The notes under the pieces are model-generated. The model had not been told where the DNA came from. It worked only from the letters and a program-made list of their open reading frames with translations, and ran no database searches. Made by a program: the position numbers and the translations under genes. Positions 1-8,314 of a DNA stretch of 64,000 nt are shown here, piece by piece. The stretch lies in assembly GCA_016215325.1 (NCBI GenBank), contig JACRJV010000027.1:16090-80089 (forward strand), read 5' to 3'. The DNA is from Candidatus Uhrbacteria bacterium (GTDB lineage Bacteria; Patescibacteriota; Patescibacteriia; JACRJV01). How positions within the stretch are numbered: the stretch's first letter is position 1; every line of letters begins with the position of its first letter.

Positions 1-168
1 GGGGTACCCTTCGGAATATTTGTTTGTGCCGATGCACCCTAACGCATCTAAGACGGATCGCGAAACAAAATTTTCGGACGGAATCATTTCTAGCCCGTCG
101 CGTTGACGATGCAGTTCTGTTTCGAGCAATTGGGCGATCTCCAGGTCGCTCTGGGAAAGATGGGACAT
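1..168 (-). CDS. glyA: serine hydroxymethyltransferase, 5' part (runs off window)
   Basis: Manual translation [56 protein letters not shown] matches the SHMT N-terminus (LIx[12 protein letters not shown]). Confidence 0.93.
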   Translation of the reverse strand, partial: MSHLSQSDLEIAQLLETELHRQRDGLEMIPSENFVSRSVLDALGCIGTNKYSEGYP

Positions 169-293
169 ACACCGAGAGGTGAAGATATGAAGAGGCGAAG
201 GTATAGAGAAGAGAATGCGTTATTATCTTACGGGAGCAGCGTTGGATTGACAATGGGGATAAAATAGGTTGTGTCGATGGGCTCTGATTTGAT

Positions 294-2096
294 TCAGTCC
301 ATGATTTGTTTGACCATATAGGTTCCTTGGAGTTCGTAGCCGAGTTTTCGATAGTACTCGCGGACCCCAACGCCAGCGATCACGGTGACTTTTAGGATGC
401 CGTGTTCTTTGACGATATCTTCTGCTTTTTTCATGAGTTGCCGTCCTAGTCCGATGTGTTGCACATGCCCGTCCTCTGATTCATGATTTATAATTCCTGA
501 TTCCAGTCGGACAAGTTGCCCGTAGGTGTGGAGTTCGCGGATAAATGCGCAGTCGCGTATTTCGGGAAGGAGTTCGTACAATTGTTTCTTGCTCACTGGT
601 TCTTGTTCACTGTTTGTGGGTATCCGCAATCGGCAGAAGGCATACACCACTTCGCGATCTTCACTTTCGAAACTCAAAAAATATTCTTTGCCGTCACTCG
701 CTTCGTATTCTTCGACAAAGGGTTCAGTACGGTCTATACCCTGAACCCTATACCCCATACCTTTGTGATGACCAACTTCTCGGCACCGTAAACACTGGCA
801 TGTTAATCCGCGCTCCCTCATGATCTTTTGTACAGTTTCGCGTAAGTTTGTCACCGCATTGCCAGCAGCGATGTGTTGGGACGGAATATCGCGAATCAAG
901 CGTGAGATCCGGCAGTAGCGCGGAATAATTTGTGATTTGATCGTGATGAGCGTTTCGATAAGATCGTTGTCAGAGTACGGAGTGTACTTCCCGCTCTTCC
1001 ACCATTGGTAGAGTTCGGCCGAAGGCGTCACCACGCACGGGTAAATTTTGACCATGTCCGGACGGAATCGAGGGTCATCAAAGAGGAGTCGAAACATCTC
1101 AATATCCTTTTGAGCTGTTGCGCCTGGCAATTGCGGCATCATGTGAAGATCAACTTTGAAGCCAGCTTCGCGCAAGAGGGCTATGGCATGGGCAATACTG
1201 GCCACATCATGTCCGCGTTTAATCAACGTGAGGATGTCATCATCAATCGCTTGAGCGCCCAACTCCACCCGCGTGCACCCGAGCACTCGGAGTTGCCGCA
1301 CCTCGGCTTCGTTGATCCAGTCGGGTCGTGTTTCGAGGGTGAGCCCGATAATGCGGTGGGAGGCTGTTTCGTTCAAGTGTTGTTCCGATAGGACTTCTTC
1401 CTCTGTCGATTCTCCCGTGGCCCACCTTCCCTTTTTGTTGTAGGTCTCGACGAGTGCACGGTCGCCTTGGTTGAGTTGTTCGACATCCGAATACTGTTGA
1501 GAAGCATAATGCGAATATGCGAATGTATTCGAATACAACGAATTTGTTGTATTTGCATCAATTTGCATATTCGCATTATGATATTCGTTTGCGGCGCGAT
1601 AGCATTCTTTCAAAAACCACCGTTGGTACGCCTTGGGATACGCGCTCCAGGTGCCCCCTTTTACGATGAGTTCGATTTTGTCCGTTGGGTGGCCATTGCC
1701 CTCAAGCACCGCTAGTCGGCGAACCATTTGCTCGTACGGGTCAAAATTAAGGCGCAGTGCGCGTTGGGCGGCAGGCTCTGTTTCGATGTAACTTTTGGGC
1801 ATGCGTACTTCGGTGGGGCAATAGACGCATTGGCCCGGACACGCGTAGGGTTTGACCAGTACCGTGATGATCGCCACTCCGGAAAGGGTGCGTACTTCTC
1901 GTACGCGCAGGAGGCGCTCCAACGATGCGAGACCCGATCGTTCGGGCATCGAACGGATCCCATTCAAGAGTTGTTGATTGCTGATGATCCCGACTGCAAA
2001 TTCTTTTGCGACTCTCCGTTTCCATAACGAAAGCTGCCCAATAGTTTTTGGTTGAGTTTTGAGTAAATCTGCGATAAGCTCTGGAGGAAGCGCCAT
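294..2096 (-). CDS. elp3: Elp3-family tRNA U34 carboxymethyltransferase (radical SAM + GNAT)
   Basis: RTLSGVA, CPGQCVYCP, ETRPD, RVELGAQ, IRELHTYG, QHIGLGRQL, IAGVGVREYYRKLGY; start taken as MALPP at 2096. Confidence 0.93.
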   Translation of the reverse strand: MALPPELIADLLKTQPKTIGQLSLWKRRVAKEFAVGIISNQQLLNGIRSMPERSGLASLERLLRVREVRTLSGVAIITVLVKPYACPGQCVYCPTEVRMPKSYIETEPAAQRALRLNFDPYEQMVRRLAVLEGNGHPTDKIELIVKGGTWSAYPKAYQRWFLKECYRAANEYHNANMQIDANTTNSLYSNTFAYSHYASQQYSDVEQLNQGDRALVETYNKKGRWATGESTEEEVLSEQHLNETASHRIIGLTLETRPDWINEAEVRQLRVLGCTRVELGAQAIDDDILTLIKRGHDVASIAHAIALLREAGFKVDLHMMPQLPGATAQKDIEMFRLLFDDPRFRPDMVKIYPCVVTPSAELYQWWKSGKYTPYSDNDLIETLITIKSQIIPRYCRISRLIRDIPSQHIAAGNAVTNLRETVQKIMRERGLTCQCLRCREVGHHKGMGYRVQGIDRTEPFVEEYEASDGKEYFLSFESEDREVVYAFCRLRIPTNSEQEPVSKKQLYELLPEIRDCAFIRELHTYGQLVRLESGIINHESEDGHVQHIGLGRQLMKKAEDIVKEHGILKVTVIAGVGVREYYRKLGYELQGTYMVKQIMD

Positions 2097-2103
2097 AGTA
2101 TTT

Positions 2104-2802
2104 ATGCAGTCTATCAGAGATACTGAAATACTCAACAGCGTTACCCAAACCTACGATGCCATCGCTGGCAGTTGGGATCGAGTGCGTCGTCGCCCCGGCA
2201 AGGTTTGGAACGTCCTGTTGCCGTATATTCACGAAGGTGATCGGGTGCTTGATATCGGATGCGGGAGTGGGCGACTCTACGAGTTTCTCCGATCGAAGAA
2301 TGCTGCGTACACGGGGATTGACGGCAGCCGTGAGTTGATTGAAATCGCTCGAGCGAGATATTCAATATCTCCGTCATTCCTCGTCTCTCCCATGCAATCG
2401 CTGCCGTTAGGGAACGCATCGTTTGATGTGATTTGCTGCCTTGCGGCATTCCATCATCTGCCCTCTGTAGCGATCCGGCAACACGTTCTTGATGAGTTCA
2501 GGCGGGTGCTTACACCGACCGGGGTTCTGTTGATGACCAATTGGAGCACATACCACCTCCTCTCTTCATGGCGGCTGCGACCATTGCCCATTCTTACCGG
2601 TCGGCGCGATGTGATGATCCCGTGGAAGCTCCCTGATGGCCGAGTCTATCAGCGCTTCTATCATGCATTCCTGCTTTCGGAACTTTCGGCGTTGCTTGAA
2701 GCTTCGGGATGGGAGATCAAAACGGCATGCTATATTGGCCAGCATGGAATGACGCGTTGGTTTCGATCGCTCTATTCTTTTGTGGTTGCGACACCTCAAT
2801 AA
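2104..2802 (+). CDS. class I SAM methyltransferase, Trm9/ALKBH8-like
   Basis: TYDAIA, VLDIGCGSG, FDVICCLAAFHHLP, DVMIPW...YQRFYHAF..SEL motifs; start MQSIR. Confidence 0.8.
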   Translation: MQSIRDTEILNSVTQTYDAIAGSWDRVRRRPGKVWNVLLPYIHEGDRVLDIGCGSGRLYEFLRSKNAAYTGIDGSRELIEIARARYSISPSFLVSPMQSLPLGNASFDVICCLAAFHHLPSVAIRQHVLDEFRRVLTPTGVLLMTNWSTYHLLSSWRLRPLPILTGRRDVMIPWKLPDGRVYQRFYHAFLLSELSALLEASGWEIKTACYIGQHGMTRWFRSLYSFVVATPQ

Positions 2803-2864
2803 TCACGGTATACTTGCCTCATTCCACATCTGCCATTGTACATCACATATTACCTATTATTGGT

Positions 2865-3974
2865 ATGAATCGTTTTCACTCAGGTATTATTATTGGGGTA
2901 GTCGCCATCACCGCGCCTCTTCTCGTTTGGGCGCAAGGCACAATTATTCACCCTGCTGACCAGGTGCATGAGGGCAATTATATCCGCGCTGCGCAGAGTA
3001 TCCAAATTCTAGGCAAGGTGACCAAAGACGTCGTGGTTATAGGGCGCGATATCGTGATAGACGGTCCGATCGAGGGCGACGCGATTATCGTGGGGCAGAA
3101 CGTCGTTATTCATTCTACGATTGGCGGCAATGTTCGGATTCTGGCGAGCACCGTATTGCTGGATGCCGCTGTCGCGAAGAATGCCACAATGCTTGCGGGG
3201 AATTTGGGCACCACCCCAACAGCTCGTGTCGGATGGGATTTGACCGTATTCGCTGATCGGGCAGACCTGCAAGGAACCATTGATGGATGGTTGTGGATCC
3301 GCAGCCGGCATGTCAATCTTGCCGCTACGGTTGGCAATGATGCGGATGTCCAAACGGGTTCCGCGTTGTCGGTTGCAAAAAACGCCCAGGTCAAGGGGAC
3401 GCTCAAGTACTCTGGCAAGCACACTGCTGCCATCGCAGAAGGATCATCGCTTGGGAATGTTGAGTATCGCCAAGCCGGGGCAAAAGACAATGGCCGTAGA
3501 TCGGGTCGGAATCGTCCGCCGTTGTTCTGGCCGCTTGTGTTCTTATTTGGCGCCTGGGTGGTGGGAGGGGTATTGCTGGTTCTGGCAGAGCCTTGGCTCG
3601 CTCAAAACGCACGGCGGTTGCAGCAGAAACCGCTGGCCACTATTGGATGGGGAGTGGTCGGACTCGTTGTCGCTCCCGTGTTGATTATGATCCTCGCAGT
3701 AACATTGATCGGCATCCCGTTGGCAGTCCTGTTGACGATGTTTTATGGTATGCTCGTCTACTGCGCGCGTGTGATTATTGGGTATAGCCTCGCCAGTATT
3801 ATCCAGACGCGTACAAATTCTAAACTCCCTCCCATGGCGCTTATGGTCGTCGGGATAGCTGCCTATGTGTTGCTCATTCGACTCCCGTTGATTGGCCCGG
3901 TGTTGGGCTTGCTCGGGACGGTCCTGGCATTTGGGCTCGTGATCCAGACAGTGACGAAGAGGTATGAGCATTGA
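2865..3974 (+). CDS. exported beta-helical (polymer-forming/bactofilin-like) protein with C-terminal multi-TM region
   Basis: Signal peptide, repeated IxGxVxGD/IGGNV units, then several hydrophobic helices. Confidence 0.7.
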   Translation: MNRFHSGIIIGVVAITAPLLVWAQGTIIHPADQVHEGNYIRAAQSIQILGKVTKDVVVIGRDIVIDGPIEGDAIIVGQNVVIHSTIGGNVRILASTVLLDAAVAKNATMLAGNLGTTPTARVGWDLTVFADRADLQGTIDGWLWIRSRHVNLAATVGNDADVQTGSALSVAKNAQVKGTLKYSGKHTAAIAEGSSLGNVEYRQAGAKDNGRRSGRNRPPLFWPLVFLFGAWVVGGVLLVLAEPWLAQNARRLQQKPLATIGWGVVGLVVAPVLIMILAVTLIGIPLAVLLTMFYGMLVYCARVIIGYSLASIIQTRTNSKLPPMALMVVGIAAYVLLIRLPLIGPVLGLLGTVLAFGLVIQTVTKRYEH

Positions 3975-5364
3975 TCCCGCAATCTTTAAGGCATACGACA
4001 TCCGTGGGGTTGTCCCAAGCCAACTCAATGAAGAGATTGCCTATGCCATTGGTCGAGCTTTTGTCGTGTGGCTTGCGGGGCAGAGGGATCCGGCACCAAC
4101 GATTGTTGTTGCTCGTGATGGGCGGATTTCCGGACCATCATTATTCGAGGCGGTCAAACAAGGGCTCGCTGATCAAGGCGCATCCGTCATCGATGTGGGG
4201 GTTCTGGCATCAGAGCAGTTTTATTTCGCATGCGCCTATGTTGGTGCGCCAGGAGTGACGGTGACCGCCAGTCACAACCCCAAAGAGTATAATGGGATGA
4301 AGTTTGTAAAAAAAATTCCGTTCTTCTTGAGTGGGGACCAGGGCATTCAGGAATTACGAACATTGGTGGAGCAGAGCCAATGGCCGGAGGTGAGTAAGAA
4401 AGGCACCGTGCGCACAGAAGACATCCGGTCGCTGTATGTCGAAAAATTGTTTTCGATAATTCCGACCTCCGACCTCCGACCTCCGACTTCTCGGCCCCAA
4501 CCTCCGACAGTAGTGATCGATACTGCCAACGGCGTCGCAGGCCCGATTATCACCGATATTGCATCAGCGCTGCCCGTTACCGTCCGACATTTGTTTGCGG
4601 ATGTTGATGGCGCGTTCCCCAATCACCCTGCCGATCCGTTGCGTCCCGAGAATCGGATAGCGGCACAACAAGCGATCCACAACCACAAGGCACAGGCCGG
4701 ATTTTTGTTTGATGGCGACGGCGATCGATGTTTTGTGCTCGACGAAAACGGCGAGCTCGTCCCCAATGAATTTTTGGGAACTCTTTTTGCCCAGGATCTC
4801 CTGTCAGCGCATCCGGGAGCAACATTTATCTACGATGTGCGCAGCTCTTGGGCATTCCCGCGCGTTGTCGAAGCGGCCGGTGGGAAGCCGTTCATGAACC
4901 GCGTTGGGCACGCGTATATCAAACCCCGAATGATGGAGGAAGGTGCGGTCTATGGCATGGAAGTTTCAGGACACCATTACTTTAAAGATTTTTTCTGGTG
5001 TGATTCAGGGGTATTGCCCATGCTCTATACCCTCAAAATAATGAGTAAGACTGGTAAGTCTTTGTCGGAACTGGTAGCCCCCTTGCGTCAGCAATATCAT
5101 TTGAGCGGAGAGTTGAATTATGCTGTCCATGATGCGCCGGGGATCTTAAAGCGGCTCAAAGAGAAATTGGCGGATGCGCCAAAGAAATACGAACTCGATG
5201 GCGTTTCGTTTGAATACCCCGATTGGCATTGTAATGTGCGCAGTTCCAATACCGAACCCTTGTTGCGGTTGAATTTGGAATCCATGGTGAGTAAAGAGCA
5301 TATGGAGGAGAGAAAGAAGGAGATGGAATCAATTATCCTAGAACCTATTACCTCGTCATTATGA
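3964..5364 (+). CDS. manB: phosphomannomutase/phosphoglucomutase
   Basis: FKAYDIRG, TASHNP, DGDGDR, MEVSGH, RSSNTEP. Confidence 0.92.
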   Translation: MSIDPAIFKAYDIRGVVPSQLNEEIAYAIGRAFVVWLAGQRDPAPTIVVARDGRISGPSLFEAVKQGLADQGASVIDVGVLASEQFYFACAYVGAPGVTVTASHNPKEYNGMKFVKKIPFFLSGDQGIQELRTLVEQSQWPEVSKKGTVRTEDIRSLYVEKLFSIIPTSDLRPPTSRPQPPTVVIDTANGVAGPIITDIASALPVTVRHLFADVDGAFPNHPADPLRPENRIAAQQAIHNHKAQAGFLFDGDGDRCFVLDENGELVPNEFLGTLFAQDLLSAHPGATFIYDVRSSWAFPRVVEAAGGKPFMNRVGHAYIKPRMMEEGAVYGMEVSGHHYFKDFFWCDSGVLPMLYTLKIMSKTGKSLSELVAPLRQQYHLSGELNYAVHDAPGILKRLKEKLADAPKKYELDGVSFEYPDWHCNVRSSNTEPLLRLNLESMVSKEHMEERKKEMESIILEPITSSL

Positions 5365-6164
5365 TCGGCGTATTCGATTCTGGCATCGGCGGCCTCACCG
5401 TCGTCAAAGAAATCACCAAGCAGCTGCCGGGCATGCCAGTCTTATATTTGGGCGATACGGCCCGTACGCCCTATGGCAACAAGAGCCCCGAGACAATTGG
5501 GCAGTATGCACTCCAAGATGCAAGGTTTCTGATCGATCACGGCGCTACCGTGATCGTCGTTGCCTGTAATTCAGCCTCGTCGGTGGCTTCCAAAATTCTA
5601 AATTCTGAATTCGACAATCCAGTGTTTGAGGTGATCACGCCCGCCGCGCGACGTGCCGCAACGCTCACAAAGAAAAAACGTGTTGGAGTGATCGGCACAC
5701 GTGCAACGATTGGTAGTCGTGCCTACGAACAAGCAATACATGCGGTTGACGATCGTGTCAGTGTCATGGGTCAGGCGTGCCCACTGTTTGTCCCACTTAT
5801 TGAAGAAGGTTGGGCCAAGAAAGGGGAGACCACCCGGATTGTAAAATTGAGTCTTCAAGGCCTTAAAACCAAAAACATCGACACCCTGATTTTAGGCTGC
5901 ACGCATTACCCGATTATTCGCGACCTCATCCATGCCAAAATCGGAAAGCGGGTAACATTGGTAGACCCGGCTGAAGAGGTGGTGAAAGATCTGCGACAGT
6001 ATCTTGATGCACATCAGGCAGTGGCACAGTCATTGCGTTCCGCTGCAGACCATCGGTTTATGGTCACCGACGTCACGGAACATTTCCAATCTATTGCCCA
6101 GAGTTGGCTTAAGCGGAGTGTTCGGTTGGAGAAAGTGACATTCGGCGAAGGCCCAGGGGTATGA
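5361..6164 (+). CDS. murI: glutamate racemase
   Basis: GVFDSGIGG, PYGNKS, VACNSAS, LGCTHYP. Confidence 0.96.
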   Translation: MIGVFDSGIGGLTVVKEITKQLPGMPVLYLGDTARTPYGNKSPETIGQYALQDARFLIDHGATVIVVACNSASSVASKILNSEFDNPVFEVITPAARRAATLTKKKRVGVIGTRATIGSRAYEQAIHAVDDRVSVMGQACPLFVPLIEEGWAKKGETTRIVKLSLQGLKTKNIDTLILGCTHYPIIRDLIHAKIGKRVTLVDPAEEVVKDLRQYLDAHQAVAQSLRSAADHRFMVTDVTEHFQSIAQSWLKRSVRLEKVTFGEGPGV

Positions 6165-6940
6165 ATGTTGTCCAAGCAAGTATCCTCGGTCTTGTTGAGG
6201 GGGTAACTGAATTCCTCCCGGTCTCTTCGACCGGGCATTTGATTTTGGCGAGCCGTTTTCTTGGCATCGTCCAGGATGAATTTGTCAAAAGCTTCGAGAT
6301 TATCATCCAGCTCGGCGCCATACTTGCGGTGGGGGTATTATATGCGCCCCGGTTTTGGTCACAACGGAGGCTCTTGCTGCCGGTGATCGTTGGATTTCTG
6401 CCCACGGCGGTGATCGGCCTCGTATTTTACAAGCTGGTCAAAACGTATCTATTAGGCAATACAATGGTGGTTGTCGCCTCGTTGGCGATTGGTGGCGTCG
6501 TGATGATTGTGGTGGAGGGCTGGCTGCCCAAGCACTTCGTGCGCGTTCGCGCGACGCCGGAGTCCATCAGTGTGCGGGATGCGGTGCTCATCGGAATATT
6601 CCAATCGATCGCGATCGTTCCAGGCGTTTCGCGTTCTGCGGCCACGATTATCGGCGGATTGTTGTTGGGCATTGAACGCAAGACTGCTGTTGAATTTTCT
6701 TTTCTGTTGGCCATCCCCACCATGGTGGCGGCCACTGCCTTAGATCTTTTCAAAAATCCGCAGATATTTTCCGGGGGAGATGCGGGAGTGCTTGCCGTTG
6801 GATTTATTTTTTCATTTATCACAGCGCTATTGAGCATTCGATGGCTCTTGGGGTATGTAAAACATCATACCTTCACCGCATTTGGGCTCTATCGGATTAC
6901 CCTGGCAGCGTTTGTTGCAGGTGTCATGTTGTGGTCATAG
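6161..6940 (+). CDS. uppP: undecaprenyl-diphosphate phosphatase (BacA)
   Basis: GVTEFLPVSSTGH, PGVSRSAATI. Confidence 0.96.
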   Translation: MNVVQASILGLVEGVTEFLPVSSTGHLILASRFLGIVQDEFVKSFEIIIQLGAILAVGVLYAPRFWSQRRLLLPVIVGFLPTAVIGLVFYKLVKTYLLGNTMVVVASLAIGGVVMIVVEGWLPKHFVRVRATPESISVRDAVLIGIFQSIAIVPGVSRSAATIIGGLLLGIERKTAVEFSFLLAIPTMVAATALDLFKNPQIFSGGDAGVLAVGFIFSFITALLSIRWLLGYVKHHTFTAFGLYRITLAAFVAGVMLWS

Positions 6941-7055
6941 TGCAGTCGTAGCAACGACGAGATTGTAAGGAAAGCAATCCTCCTGCGTCAACTGTCTTTA
7001 CCTTGGCAACGGCGCGCCCCTTTTTGAGCGTTTCCGCGAATACCATTGAGTATCT

Positions 7056-7796
7056 ATGCCACCAATCAACCGGGTATCGCGTGCCCATCCTGCGGGATGG
7101 TACGCAGAGCTTGATGTTCTTTACCAAGTGACCGAGATCATTGGCTCTCATCATGATTTGGATTTCATTTTCCAGCGGTTGACTGCGCTCATCGGAGAGA
7201 TCACAGAGTCTGATGCGTGCCTCTTGTTCGTGCGCATGGGGGATCATCTTGTCCTGCGGGCATCGCAGCGTGAGTACCACAGCATCGTTGGTCGACTCAA
7301 CGTCGCCGTCGGCCAGGGAATTACCGGTTGGGTTGCGCGGCATGGGGAGCCGGTGGTATTGAGCAATCGGGCATCCCACGACCCGCGGTTCCACCATGTG
7401 AGCGAAGTGCCGGACCACCAGTTTGAAGCGTTCACAGCGTTACCATTTTTTTTCCGCAGCACTGTTATTGGGGTCGTGAATATTTATCATGAACGCCGCT
7501 GGCATTGCCCGGAGCATATCCTCCATCTGCTGATGGTGATTGGCCGGCAAGTGGGTGCCGCGATCGAACATGCCCGCCAGTTGGAAGAGCGCAAGACGCT
7601 CCAAAGCGTGATCGCAACCCGAAAACAGGTTGATCGGGCGACGAAATTTTTATCCCACACCCTAAAAATGACAACGGAGCAAGCGTATGGTGTTCTTCTG
7701 TTGCAGAGCCGGAAAACCGGCCGCACTATCAAAGAATTGGCGAGAGCCTATGCTCTGGCCGGCCGGCAACAGACGTCAGTTCTTGATCGTTCGTGA
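7056..7796 (+). CDS. GAF + ANTAR domain protein (paralog 1)
   Basis: GAF (GQGITGWVA, DPRF, VIGVVN); C-terminal ATRKQVDRA...EQAYGVLLLQSRKTGRTIKELA resembles ANTAR. Confidence 0.85.
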   Translation: MPPINRVSRAHPAGWYAELDVLYQVTEIIGSHHDLDFIFQRLTALIGEITESDACLLFVRMGDHLVLRASQREYHSIVGRLNVAVGQGITGWVARHGEPVVLSNRASHDPRFHHVSEVPDHQFEAFTALPFFFRSTVIGVVNIYHERRWHCPEHILHLLMVIGRQVGAAIEHARQLEERKTLQSVIATRKQVDRATKFLSHTLKMTTEQAYGVLLLQSRKTGRTIKELARAYALAGRQQTSVLDRS

Positions 7797-7856
7797 GTAT
7801 TACTCTCTCGCCATTTTTGTGTTATAGTCAGAACATTGGCATCGTTTTCTATTTGT

Positions 7857-8225
7857 ATGCTCGACCAAAACGACCTGCAACAAATCAAAGAGATCGTCTT
7901 GGAGTCCGAGAAACGGACTACGTCTCATATTATTGCCGCTGCGGGCGAAATGGTTGAGCAGCAAATATTGCCGAGGCTGGATCATCTAGAGCAAGAACTG
8001 GAACGTCTGCGAAAAGATGTTACGCGCCTGGAAAGTCAAATGGTCACCAAAGAATACTTGGATCGCAAATTCGCCGATGAATTTTCCGATTTTTATCAGC
8101 GACTGAAGCGCGAGTGGTGGAGTAAGGATGTGCAGTGGAAACAGCGTGTCATCACTATTTTACAAAACGCAAAAATCGCCAGTGGTGAGGATCTCCAAGA
8201 ACTCAAATCGTTGATTGGCGTGTAA
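7857..8225 (+). CDS. coiled-coil hypothetical protein (MLDxNDL...MVTKxYLD family)
   Basis: Heptad pattern; paralog at 59462-59803. Confidence 0.7.
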   Translation: MLDQNDLQQIKEIVLESEKRTTSHIIAAAGEMVEQQILPRLDHLEQELERLRKDVTRLESQMVTKEYLDRKFADEFSDFYQRLKREWWSKDVQWKQRVITILQNAKIASGEDLQELKSLIGV

Positions 8226-8314
8226 GAGTAGTATTGTCCATACGTCTACTATAAAATTGAGCCGCAAAGGGCGTTCCCCTTGCCGATGGCCATTTGGCTT
8301 TTTCTTTTTATTTT

